A stretch of 64,000 bases of DNA. Source: Elusimicrobiota bacterium. GTDB taxonomy: Bacteria; Elusimicrobiota; Elusimicrobia; UBA1565. The stretch covers positions 32,001 through 96,000 of the forward strand of contig JBDRPD010000053.1 of the NCBI GenBank assembly GCA_043827405.1, given 5' to 3'. The notes under the pieces were generated by a model. That model did not search any database. It was not told the DNA's origin and saw only the letters and a program-made list of their open reading frames with translations. The position numbers and the translations under genes are program-made. Positions 1-8,951 of the stretch are shown here, one piece after another. How positions within the stretch are numbered: position 1 is the first letter of the stretch; every line of letters starts with the position of its first letter.

Positions 1-1
1 G

Positions 2-2944
2 CCCGCGGTGTGGCGCGGACATGCCGGCGGGGTGACTGCGGCGGTCTTCTCGCCCGACGGCGAAACCGTGCTGTCGGTCGGCAGCGACGACGCGCTCAAG
101 CTGTGGGATGTGCGCACCGGTACGGTGCGCGCGAGCTGGGACGAGAGCGCGCTGGAGGTGGACGCCCTCGCCTTCACGCCGGACGGCAAGACGATCCTCG
201 CGGCGGGAAGAGATCACTCCCTGCTGCTGCTCGACGCGGCGACCGGCGCCGAGCGCGCCGCGCTGCGCGGACACTACGGGGCGATCCGCGCCATCGCCCT
301 GTCTCCCGACGGACAAACCGCGGCGACGGCATCCTTCTACGGAGCGATCAAGCTCTGGGACCTGCGGACCAAAAGCGAGCTCGCGACCCTGCACCATGGC
401 CCCGATGCCGGCGCGGTCTGTCTCGCCTTCTCGCCGGACGGGCGGCGCCTGGTCTCCGGCATGTGGCATAAGGTGCTCTGGGTATGGGACGTCGGCCGGC
501 GCGAACGGATCGCGGTGCTCAAGGGGCATACCGGCCGCGTGCTGTCCGTCGCCTTCTCGCCGGACGGGAAAAAGCTCCTTTCCGGCGGCCGCGACACCAC
601 GCTCCGGCTGTGGGACGCGGACAGCGGCGCGGCGCTCGGAGTGTGGCGGGGACATACCAGCCATGTCAATTCCGTCGCCTTCTCGCCCGACGGCCGCACC
701 GCGCTTTCGGGCGGCTCCGACTATACGCTCAGGAAATGGGACACGGCGACGGGCCGGACGCTCGCCGTATGGCGCGGGCATCAGGGCGACGTGCGCAGCG
801 TCGCCTTCTCCCCGGACGGCGCGCTCGCCGTCTCGACGAGCGAGGACCGCACGCTCTGGGTGTGGAAAACGGACGGCGCCGCGGGAGCGGCCGCGCCCTC
901 AACGCCGGGCTTCACGCCCGTCCCGCCGGCGGGCGAAAATCCGGAAGCCTGGCTGGGCCGCCTGCTCTTTTTCGACCGCCGGCTTTCCGGCAACTCGAGC
1001 CTTTCCTGCGCCTCCTGCCATGACCCGCGGCGGGCCTTCACGGACGAGCAGGCGCTTTCCGACGGCTATCCCGATACGCTGTATTTCCGCAACACCCCCA
1101 CGCTCATCAATGCCGCGAAGCAAAAGCACCTGTACTGGGACGGCCGCTTCCCCGGCGACGATATGCCGTCCCTCATCCGGGACCATATCTCGGAAGCGCA
1201 CTTCATGAACGCCGACGGCCGGCTGCTCGTCGAGAAGCTCCGCCAGGCCCCCGGCTACGTTCAGCTGTTCCAGCAGGTCTACGGGGCGGAGCCCTCATAC
1301 GGCAAGCTCCTCGAAGCGCTCACCGCCTTTGTCCGCACGCTCAACTCCGCCGCCGCCCCGTATGACCGGGACGCGCTGACGCCCGCCGCCCGCCGGGGCC
1401 TGGCGCTCTTCACCGGCGACGCCGGCTGCGCGCGCTGCCACCCCCCGCCCCGGTTTACCGATGGGATGCTGCACCGCCGCGGAGTTCCGGAAAACAGCGC
1501 CGTCTTCGCCCAGCCGCGCCGCCACATCTCGTTTCGACGCTTTTTCAAAATGCTCGGGGTCGACGACTACCCGGCGCTGCGCGCCGACCCCGGCCTCTAT
1601 GCCGTCACCAAGCGCGCCGCGGACCGGGGCCGGTTCAAAACGCCGTCGCTGCGCGAGAGCGCGCGGACCGCGCCCTATATGCACAACGGCGTGTTTGCGA
1701 CCCTCGCCGCGGCGGTCCGGCACGAGGATCCGCGCCTCAGCGACGGCCAGGTCGGAGATATCGTCGCCTTCCTCGAATCCCTTTCCAGCGCGACGCCGGC
1801 CTATGCGCCGCCCCTGCTGCCGGAATTCGGCTTAAGAGATAAACGCCCCGCGGTTCCGGCGCCGGAGGCTCCCGCCCGCGCCGCGGCGGCGGCGCACGAG
1901 TTTCCCCCCTTGGCGCCGCTTCCCCCGGTCCCCGTACCCGAGGATAATCCGCTGACGCCGGAAAAGATCGCACTGGGCGGCATGCTGTTTCATGATTTTC
2001 GCATCGCGGGCGACGGCGAGACCTACTGCATGGCCTGCCATGAGCCCGCCATGGGCTGGGGCGACAGCAACGACGTGTCGCAGGGACATGCGGGCTCCCT
2101 GGACTGGCGCAACACCCAGACCTTGCTTAACGCCGCCTACTATTCGAAGCTTAACTGGGACGGCGCCAAGATCAGCCTTGAGGAGCAGGCCCGCAGCGCC
2201 ATCACCTCGAACCTCTCCGGCAACGGCGACATGGTCATGATCGAGGAGCGTCTGGCCCAGGTGCCGGAATTTGTCGAGCACTTCAAGCGGGCTTTCGGCA
2301 TCGAGCGCCCGAACTTTGAGAGCGTGCTCAAGGCGCTGGCCTCCTTCATTCGCGCCGTTCCGCTGTCGCGCGGCGTACCCTTCGACGCCTACATGAAAGG
2401 CGATACCTCGGCGCTGTCCGCCGCCGCGGTGCGCGGCCGGCGGCTTTTCGCGGGCAAGGCCGGCTGCATCCAGTGCCACAACGGCGCCCTGGTCTCCGAT
2501 CAGGACTTCCACGCGACCGGCGTCCCGGGAAATCCCGCCTTCGACCATATCGCGCTGCGCTTCCAGCATGCCATCCACGGGGTTCCGGAAGCGGTTTACC
2601 GCGACGCCGATGCCGATAGCGGACTATACCTCGTTACCCAGCGCGCGGAGGACGCCGGCAAGTTCCGCACCCCGAGCCTGCGCGAGCTCAAGGTCACGGC
2701 GCCCTATATGCACAACGGCGTATTCGCGACGCTGGAGGAGGTCATCGAGTTCTACGATCAAGGCGGCGGCGCGACGCCCAACAAGAGCCCCCGCCTTAAG
2801 CCGCTCAAGCTCGCGCCGCAAGAGAAACAGGATCTGCTGGCCTTTCTGGAATCGCTCAGCGGAACGGAGACGCCGGCCGAGTACGCGATAGCGCCGGAGC
2901 CCGACTACATCACTTTCGACGGCCGCGGCCGCAGGGTCAAATGA
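2..2944 (+). CDS. WD40 propeller + double di-haem cytochrome c peroxidase (IdrP/MauG-like) fusion, array copy 1 (5'-truncated by the window edge)
   Basis: Frame is open to the window start. Seven GH...WD repeats, then CASCH, CARCH, CMACH, CIQCH, with YFRNTP..YWDGR and two TPSLR..TAPYMHNG CCP motifs. The signal peptide is presumably upstream. Confidence 0.9.
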   Translation, partial: PAVWRGHAGGVTAAVFSPDGETVLSVGSDDALKLWDVRTGTVRASWDESALEVDALAFTPDGKTILAAGRDHSLLLLDAATGAERAALRGHYGAIRAIALSPDGQTAATASFYGAIKLWDLRTKSELATLHHGPDAGAVCLAFSPDGRRLVSGMWHKVLWVWDVGRRERIAVLKGHTGRVLSVAFSPDGKKLLSGGRDTTLRLWDADSGAALGVWRGHTSHVNSVAFSPDGRTALSGGSDYTLRKWDTATGRTLAVWRGHQGDVRSVAFSPDGALAVSTSEDRTLWVWKTDGAAGAAAPSTPGFTPVPPAGENPEAWLGRLLFFDRRLSGNSSLSCASCHDPRRAFTDEQALSDGYPDTLYFRNTPTLINAAKQKHLYWDGRFPGDDMPSLIRDHISEAHFMNADGRLLVEKLRQAPGYVQLFQQVYGAEPSYGKLLEALTAFVRTLNSAAAPYDRDALTPAARRGLALFTGDAGCARCHPPPRFTDGMLHRRGVPENSAVFAQPRRHISFRRFFKMLGVDDYPALRADPGLYAVTKRAADRGRFKTPSLRESARTAPYMHNGVFATLAAAVRHEDPRLSDGQVGDIVAFLESLSSATPAYAPPLLPEFGLRDKRPAVPAPEAPARAAAAAHEFPPLAPLPPVPVPEDNPLTPEKIALGGMLFHDFRIAGDGETYCMACHEPAMGWGDSNDVSQGHAGSLDWRNTQTLLNAAYYSKLNWDGAKISLEEQARSAITSNLSGNGDMVMIEERLAQVPEFVEHFKRAFGIERPNFESVLKALASFIRAVPLSRGVPFDAYMKGDTSALSAAAVRGRRLFAGKAGCIQCHNGALVSDQDFHATGVPGNPAFDHIALRFQHAIHGVPEAVYRDADADSGLYLVTQRAEDAGKFRTPSLRELKVTAPYMHNGVFATLEEVIEFYDQGGGATPNKSPRLKPLKLAPQEKQDLLAFLESLSGTETPAEYAIAPEPDYITFDGRGRRVK

Positions 2945-5937
2945 AGCTGAGCTATATCCTCGCGTTGGTCCTGACCGCGGCCGCGACCGCCGAAGAGGCG
3001 CCGCCCGGCATGGTCCTGCGCGGACACACCGATGACGTCAGCGCCGCGGTGTTCACCCCGGACGGCGCCGCCATCCTCTCGGTCGGCGGCGACGACACTT
3101 TGCGCCTGTGGGACGCCGCGACCGGAGCGTCCCGCGCCGTTTGGAAAGCGCCGGAAGGCGAAGCGGATGATCTGGCCATAACACCGGACGGCCGCACCGC
3201 GCTCTTGGCCGGAGCGGACGGCGCCCTGGTCCTCTGGGACCTGACGGCCGGGCGCCGCCTCGCCGCGCTCACCGGCCATAAGGAGCATATCCGCTCGATC
3301 GCGCTGTCGCCCGACGGGAGGCATGCCGCCACCACGTCGTTCGCCGGCGACCTCATCCTGTGGGACATCACGGCGCGCAAGCTGCTCGCGGTCCTGCATC
3401 CCGGACCGGGCGCGGGCGCCGTCTCCGCCGCTTTCTCCCCGGACGGCCGGAAGCTGGTCACCGGGATGTGGCATAAGGTGATCTGGGTATGGGACGTCGC
3501 CCGACGCGCCCGCATCGCGGAGTGGCCGGGGCATCAGGCCCGCGTCCTCGCCGTCGCCTTCTCGCCGGACGGCTCACGGGTCCTTTCGAGCGGCCGCGAC
3601 AATACCGTCCGGCTATGGGACGCGGAGAGCGGACAGCAGCTGGGAGCCTGGAAGGGACATGCCGGCAGCGTCAACGACGTAACCTTTTCACCGGACGGGA
3701 ACCGGGCGCTGTCGGCGGGGGCCGACGGTACGCTGCGGCTGTGGGACGCGGCGACGGGACGCGAACTCGCCGTCTGGCGGGGCCACCAGGCTCCCGTGCT
3801 GGAAGCGGCCTTCTCGCCGGACGGCAAGCGCGCGGTCTCGGCGAGCGAGGACGGAACGGTGCGTTTATGGGGCGACGCGCAAAGCCCTGAGCGCAGCGCG
3901 GGCGAGTACGCCGCGCCCGACGATGAAGCCGGCTTGGGCCGCCTGCTCTTCTTCGACCGCCGGCTGTCCGGAAACTCCGGCATCAGCTGCGCCACATGCC
4001 ATATCCCTGAACAAGCCTACAGCGACGGGCTGGCGCTGTCGGCGGGCTATCCCGATACCCGCTATTTCCGCAATACGCCGACCTTGCTCAATATCGCGGG
4101 GCAGAAGAATCTGTACTGGGACGGACGGTTTTCATCCGCTGATCTGCCGTCGCTGATGCGCGATCACATCTCGGAAGCGCACTTCATGAACGCCGACGGC
4201 CGCCTGATCGTCGAAAAGCTGCGCCAAGCGCCCGGCTACGTGCGGGCCTTCCAGAAGGTCTACGGGAGCGAACCGTCCTACTCCCGCCTGCTCGACGCCC
4301 TTGGCGCCTATGTCCGCTCGCTGCAATCCGCGCCGGCGCGCTATGACCTCTACCTGCGCGGCGACCCGACCGCCTTGCCGGCGGCGGCGCGCCGCGGCCT
4401 GGCGCTGTTCACCGGCGAAGCCGGCTGCGCGCGCTGCCACCGCGGGCCGCTGCTGACCGACGACAGCCTGCATGCCCGGCAGGTGCCGGAGAATCCGGAG
4501 ATACTCAAGGATCCTCTGCGCAGCATCACCTTCCGGCGCTTTTTCAAGCTGCTCGGGGTGGAAAACTACCAGCAGCTTAAACAGGACGTCGGGCTCTACG
4601 CCGTCAGCAAGCAGCCGCGCGACCGCGGGCGGTTCAAAACCCCGTCCCTGCGCGAGGTCGCGCGCACCGCGCCGTACATGCACAACGGCATATGCGAAAC
4701 GCTCGACGAGGCGGTCGCCTTCGAGAACCCGAACCTGAGCAAGCGCCAGCGGCGCGACATCGTCGCCTTCCTCGAGACGCTCTCCAGCGAGACGCCGCCG
4801 GCGGCGGCGCCCTCTTTGCCGGAGTATGCGCTGCTGAAGCTCGCCCGCGAAAGGCCGGCGGCGCGGCCGCAGCCGGCCGGCGGCGCGAAGCAGGCTCCGC
4901 CGCTCGCTCCTCTGCCGCCGGTACCGGTCCCCGAAGACAACCCCCTGACGCCGGTCAAAATAGAACTCGGCATCCGTCTGTTTCATGACCCGCGCCTGTC
5001 CGGAGACGGCCATACCCGCTGCATCACCTGCCATGAGCCCGCGATGGGCTGGGGCGACGGCAGCGCGCTCGCCCAGGGACACCCGGGAACGCTGCATTGG
5101 CGCAATGCCCAGACCCTGCTCAACGCCGCCTACCATACCCGCCTGGAATGGGACGGCGCGTGGCCCAGCCTGGAGGAGCAGGCCCGTCACGCCATCACCT
5201 CCAACCTCAACGGCAACGGCGATCCGGTCATGATCGAGGAGCGCTTGGCGCAGTCCCCGGGCTATGTCGAGCTGTTCCGCCGGGCCTTCGGCGTCGAGCG
5301 CCCGAACTTCGAAGGCGTGCTCAAAGCGCTGGCGTCATTTTTCCGCGGCGTCCTGGTATCCAAGAACGTCCCGTTCGACAACTACGCCCGCGGCGACGCG
5401 GCGGCGCTCGACGCGGCCGCCCGGCGGGGACTGACGCTGTTTCAAGGCAAGGCCGGCTGCCTGCGCTGCCATAACGGCCCGCTGGTTTCCGACGGCGAGT
5501 TTCACGCCACCGGGGTGCCGCGCAGCGCCGCGTTCGACGAGGTTCCGCTGCGCCAGGTCGCCCTGCGCTATCAGCACGCGGTCCGCGGCGCCCCCGAAGA
5601 GATGTACCGCGCCGCGGGCTCCGATCCCGGCCTGTATTTTATGACCCGGCGCGAGCTGGACATCGGCAAGTTCCGCACCCCGAGCCTGCGCGAGCTGAAA
5701 TACACCGCGCCCTATATGCACAACGGCGTTTTCAACTCGCTCGCGGAAGTCGTCGACTTCTACGACCGGGGCGGCGGCGAGGCGGCAAACAAAACGCCGC
5801 TGCTGCGGCCGCTGAGCCTGACGCCGGGCGAGAAGCGCGACCTCATCGCCTTCCTCGAATCCTTGAGCGGCGACGAGATCGCGGTCGGCTACCCCATCAC
5901 TCTGGGACCCTACTACGCGCCCGCGGAGGAACCGTGA
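2941..5937 (+). CDS. Secreted WD40 + tetrahaem double CCP fusion, copy 2
   Basis: ATGA overlap with copy 1. Signal MKLSYILALVLTAAATA, 7 WD40 repeats, CATCH/CARCH/CITCH/CLRCH, two TAPYMHNG. Confidence 0.92.
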   Translation: MKLSYILALVLTAAATAEEAPPGMVLRGHTDDVSAAVFTPDGAAILSVGGDDTLRLWDAATGASRAVWKAPEGEADDLAITPDGRTALLAGADGALVLWDLTAGRRLAALTGHKEHIRSIALSPDGRHAATTSFAGDLILWDITARKLLAVLHPGPGAGAVSAAFSPDGRKLVTGMWHKVIWVWDVARRARIAEWPGHQARVLAVAFSPDGSRVLSSGRDNTVRLWDAESGQQLGAWKGHAGSVNDVTFSPDGNRALSAGADGTLRLWDAATGRELAVWRGHQAPVLEAAFSPDGKRAVSASEDGTVRLWGDAQSPERSAGEYAAPDDEAGLGRLLFFDRRLSGNSGISCATCHIPEQAYSDGLALSAGYPDTRYFRNTPTLLNIAGQKNLYWDGRFSSADLPSLMRDHISEAHFMNADGRLIVEKLRQAPGYVRAFQKVYGSEPSYSRLLDALGAYVRSLQSAPARYDLYLRGDPTALPAAARRGLALFTGEAGCARCHRGPLLTDDSLHARQVPENPEILKDPLRSITFRRFFKLLGVENYQQLKQDVGLYAVSKQPRDRGRFKTPSLREVARTAPYMHNGICETLDEAVAFENPNLSKRQRRDIVAFLETLSSETPPAAAPSLPEYALLKLARERPAARPQPAGGAKQAPPLAPLPPVPVPEDNPLTPVKIELGIRLFHDPRLSGDGHTRCITCHEPAMGWGDGSALAQGHPGTLHWRNAQTLLNAAYHTRLEWDGAWPSLEEQARHAITSNLNGNGDPVMIEERLAQSPGYVELFRRAFGVERPNFEGVLKALASFFRGVLVSKNVPFDNYARGDAAALDAAARRGLTLFQGKAGCLRCHNGPLVSDGEFHATGVPRSAAFDEVPLRQVALRYQHAVRGAPEEMYRAAGSDPGLYFMTRRELDIGKFRTPSLRELKYTAPYMHNGVFNSLAEVVDFYDRGGGEAANKTPLLRPLSLTPGEKRDLIAFLESLSGDEIAVGYPITLGPYYAPAEEP

Positions 5938-8900
5938 TCCGCCTGCTGGCCGCGCTGCTCGCGCTCGCCGTCTCGGCCGCGGCCGCCCCGCGGCCGCCGC
6001 TGCTCGCCACCTGGCGCGGCCTGACCAACGACGTCTACGACGTTGCGTTCTCGCCGGACGGCCGCCGGGTGCTGTCCGCCAACAAGGACGGCACGCTGAA
6101 GCTGTGGGACGTCGCGACCGGCCGCGTCGTTGCCGCGTGGGAGGGGCACCGTTCGGAAGTCATCGCCGCCGCCTTCTCGCCGGACGGCCGCACCGCCGTC
6201 TCCGGCAGCGAAGACCGGACGTTGAAGTTATGGGACACAGCCACCGGCAAAGAGCTGGCGACTCTGGGCGCGCACGACGACTTCATCCTCAAAGTCGACA
6301 TCTCGCGCGACGGAAAAACCGCCGCCTCGGTATCGTTTGACGGGCTCATCAAGCTGTGGGATCTGGACGCCCGCCGCGAAATCGCGGTCCTCGGCGGCAG
6401 CCGGACCGCCCGCGCCCTGGACGCCTCGTTCTCGCCGGACGGCGAGCGGATCATCGCGGCGCAGTGGGACAAGACGCTGCGGCTTTGGGACGTGAAGACG
6501 CGGCGCCTGCTGGCGACCTGGCGGGGGCACAAGAACCAGGTGCTGACGGCGGCGTTCTCGCCCGACGGCGGCAAGGTTATCTCGGGCAGCCGCGACAATA
6601 CCCTGCGCGTCTGGAACGCCGCCGACGGCCGGACGCTCGCCGTTCTGCGCGGACACCAAAGCCACGTGACCGCCGCCGCCTTCTGCCCGGACAGCCGCAC
6701 CGCGCTCTCGGCGGGGATGGACTACTCGGTACGCAAGTGGGACACCCGAACGGGCGCCGAGCTGGAAGTCTGGAGCGGGCACGACGACGCGGTCTACGCG
6801 CTCGCCGTCTCGGCGGACGGGCGGCTCGCCGTTTCGGCGGGGGAAGACGACACCCTGCGCCTATGGGACATCACGGGCGGCGCCGACGCCGCCGCCTTCA
6901 CCGCCCCCGTCTACCCCGCCCCGGTCTACCGTCCGGCGCCGGGCGAAAGCGGCGAGGAGTGGCTCGGGCGCATGCTCTTTTTCGATGACCGGCTCACCGG
7001 CGACAACAACACGAACTGCGCCTGGTGCCATAATCCGCAGCAGGCCTTCACCGACGGCGGCGCCCTCTCCTCGGGCTACCCCGGCTTCTTTTTCCGCAAC
7101 ACGCCGACGCTCATCAACGCCGCGGGGCAGAAGCACCTGTACTGGGACGGCCGCTTTTCCGCCGACGACCTGCCCTCGCTCATCCGCGACCATATCTCCG
7201 AGGCGCACTTCATGAACGCCGACGGCCGTCTGATCGTGGAAAAGCTGCGCCAGGCGCCCGGCTACGTACAGGCCTTTCAGGAAGTCTACGGCGCCGAACC
7301 CGGCTACGGCCGGTTGCTCGATGCTCTTGCCGCCTTCGTCCGTTCCCTAAAGTCCGGGAAGTCGCCCTACGACCTGGACGCGCTGACGCCCGCCGCCCGG
7401 CGCGGCCGCGCGCTCTTCACCGGCGAGGGCGGCTGCGCGGACTGTCATAGCGGACCGCTCTTCACCGACGGGGAGTTCCATGACCGCGGGGTGCCGGAAA
7501 ATCCCCTGATCTTCGGCGACTATCTGCGCCAGGTCTCCTTCCGGCGCTTTTTTAAAGCACTGGGAGTGAAGGGCTACCAGGACCTCAAACGCGATGTCGG
7601 GCTCTTCGCCGTCACCAAGCGGGAAGACGATCGCGGAAAGTTCCGCACCCCGAGCCTGCGCGAGGTCGCGCGCACCGCGCCCTACATGCACAACGGGATA
7701 TTCCCGACGCTCGACGCGGCGGTCGCGCATGAAAACCCGAAGCTCACGCCGGAGGAGCGCGGCGACATCGCGGCGTTCCTGGAAGCGCTCAGCAGCGAGA
7801 CGCGGACCGTCGAGGCGCCGCCGCTTCCGGCGTATGCGCTGCGTGAACCGCCCCGGCGGAAGGCCGCTGCTACCGGGCCGCGCGAACGGGCCGCGGCGCC
7901 CAGCGCGCCGCCGCCTCTGGCTCCGCTGCCGGCCGTGCCGGTGCCCGCCGATAATCCCTTGACCGCGGCCAAGATCGAGCTGGGCAAGATGCTGTTCTTC
8001 GACCCCCGCTTCTCGGGCAGCGGCGACTCCGGCTGCGTCAGCTGCCATGAGCCGGCCACCGGCTGGGGCGACGCCAGCGCCCTGGCGCGGGGCTACGAAG
8101 GCACGCTGCACTGGCGCAACACCCAGAGCCTGCTCAACGCCGCCTATTACACCAAGCTCGAATGGGACGGCGCCTGGCCGAGCCTGGAGGAGCAGGCGCG
8201 CGGCGCCATCACCTCCAACCTCAACGGCAACGGCGATCCCGAGATGATCGAAGAGACGCTGGCGCAGATTCCGCTCTATATCGACCTGTTCAAAAAGGCT
8301 TTCGGCGTCGACCGGCCGAACTTCGAGGGCGCGCTCAAAGCGCTGGCCTCGTTTCAACGCGCGGTTCCCATATCCCGCGACACGCCCTTGGACCGCAGCC
8401 TGCGGGGCGACAAGTCGGCGCTCTCCCGGGCGGCCCGGCGCGGACGGCGGCTGTTCGAAGGCAAGGCCGGCTGCCTGCGCTGCCATAACGGCGCGCTGGC
8501 CTCGGACCAAGGCTTCCATGCCACCGGCGTCCCCCAGAGCCCGGATTTCCGCATCACCCCGCTGCGCCAGGTGACCCTGCGCTACCAGCACGTCATCCGC
8601 GGCGTACCCGAGGAAGTCTACCGCGACGCCGATACGGACCCGGGCCTCTATTTGACGACGCACCGGGAAGAGGATAGCGGCAAATTCAGGACGCCGAGCC
8701 TGCGCGAGCTCAAGCACACCGCGCCCTATATGCATAACGGCGCCTTCCGCACGCTCGAGGAAGTCGTAGAGTTCTACGACCAAGGCGGCGGCGCGACCCC
8801 CAACAAGAGCCCGCTGCTGCGGCCGCTCGGACTTTCTCCGCGCGAGAAGCGGGACCTCATCGCTTTCCTGCTGGCGCTCTCGGGCGAAGAAATAATCGTC

Positions 8901-8951
8901 GACCATCCCGAGAAGGTCGGCCCGTATCATACCTCGGTGGAGGGCTATTGA
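5934..8951 (+). CDS. Secreted WD40 + tetrahaem double CCP fusion, copy 3
   Basis: GTGA overlap. Hydrophobic signal peptide, 7 WD40 repeats, CAWCH/CADCH/CVSCH/CLRCH. Confidence 0.92.
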   Translation: MIRLLAALLALAVSAAAAPRPPLLATWRGLTNDVYDVAFSPDGRRVLSANKDGTLKLWDVATGRVVAAWEGHRSEVIAAAFSPDGRTAVSGSEDRTLKLWDTATGKELATLGAHDDFILKVDISRDGKTAASVSFDGLIKLWDLDARREIAVLGGSRTARALDASFSPDGERIIAAQWDKTLRLWDVKTRRLLATWRGHKNQVLTAAFSPDGGKVISGSRDNTLRVWNAADGRTLAVLRGHQSHVTAAAFCPDSRTALSAGMDYSVRKWDTRTGAELEVWSGHDDAVYALAVSADGRLAVSAGEDDTLRLWDITGGADAAAFTAPVYPAPVYRPAPGESGEEWLGRMLFFDDRLTGDNNTNCAWCHNPQQAFTDGGALSSGYPGFFFRNTPTLINAAGQKHLYWDGRFSADDLPSLIRDHISEAHFMNADGRLIVEKLRQAPGYVQAFQEVYGAEPGYGRLLDALAAFVRSLKSGKSPYDLDALTPAARRGRALFTGEGGCADCHSGPLFTDGEFHDRGVPENPLIFGDYLRQVSFRRFFKALGVKGYQDLKRDVGLFAVTKREDDRGKFRTPSLREVARTAPYMHNGIFPTLDAAVAHENPKLTPEERGDIAAFLEALSSETRTVEAPPLPAYALREPPRRKAAATGPRERAAAPSAPPPLAPLPAVPVPADNPLTAAKIELGKMLFFDPRFSGSGDSGCVSCHEPATGWGDASALARGYEGTLHWRNTQSLLNAAYYTKLEWDGAWPSLEEQARGAITSNLNGNGDPEMIEETLAQIPLYIDLFKKAFGVDRPNFEGALKALASFQRAVPISRDTPLDRSLRGDKSALSRAARRGRRLFEGKAGCLRCHNGALASDQGFHATGVPQSPDFRITPLRQVTLRYQHVIRGVPEEVYRDADTDPGLYLTTHREEDSGKFRTPSLRELKHTAPYMHNGAFRTLEEVVEFYDQGGGATPNKSPLLRPLGLSPREKRDLIAFLLALSGEEIIVDHPEKVGPYHTSVEGY

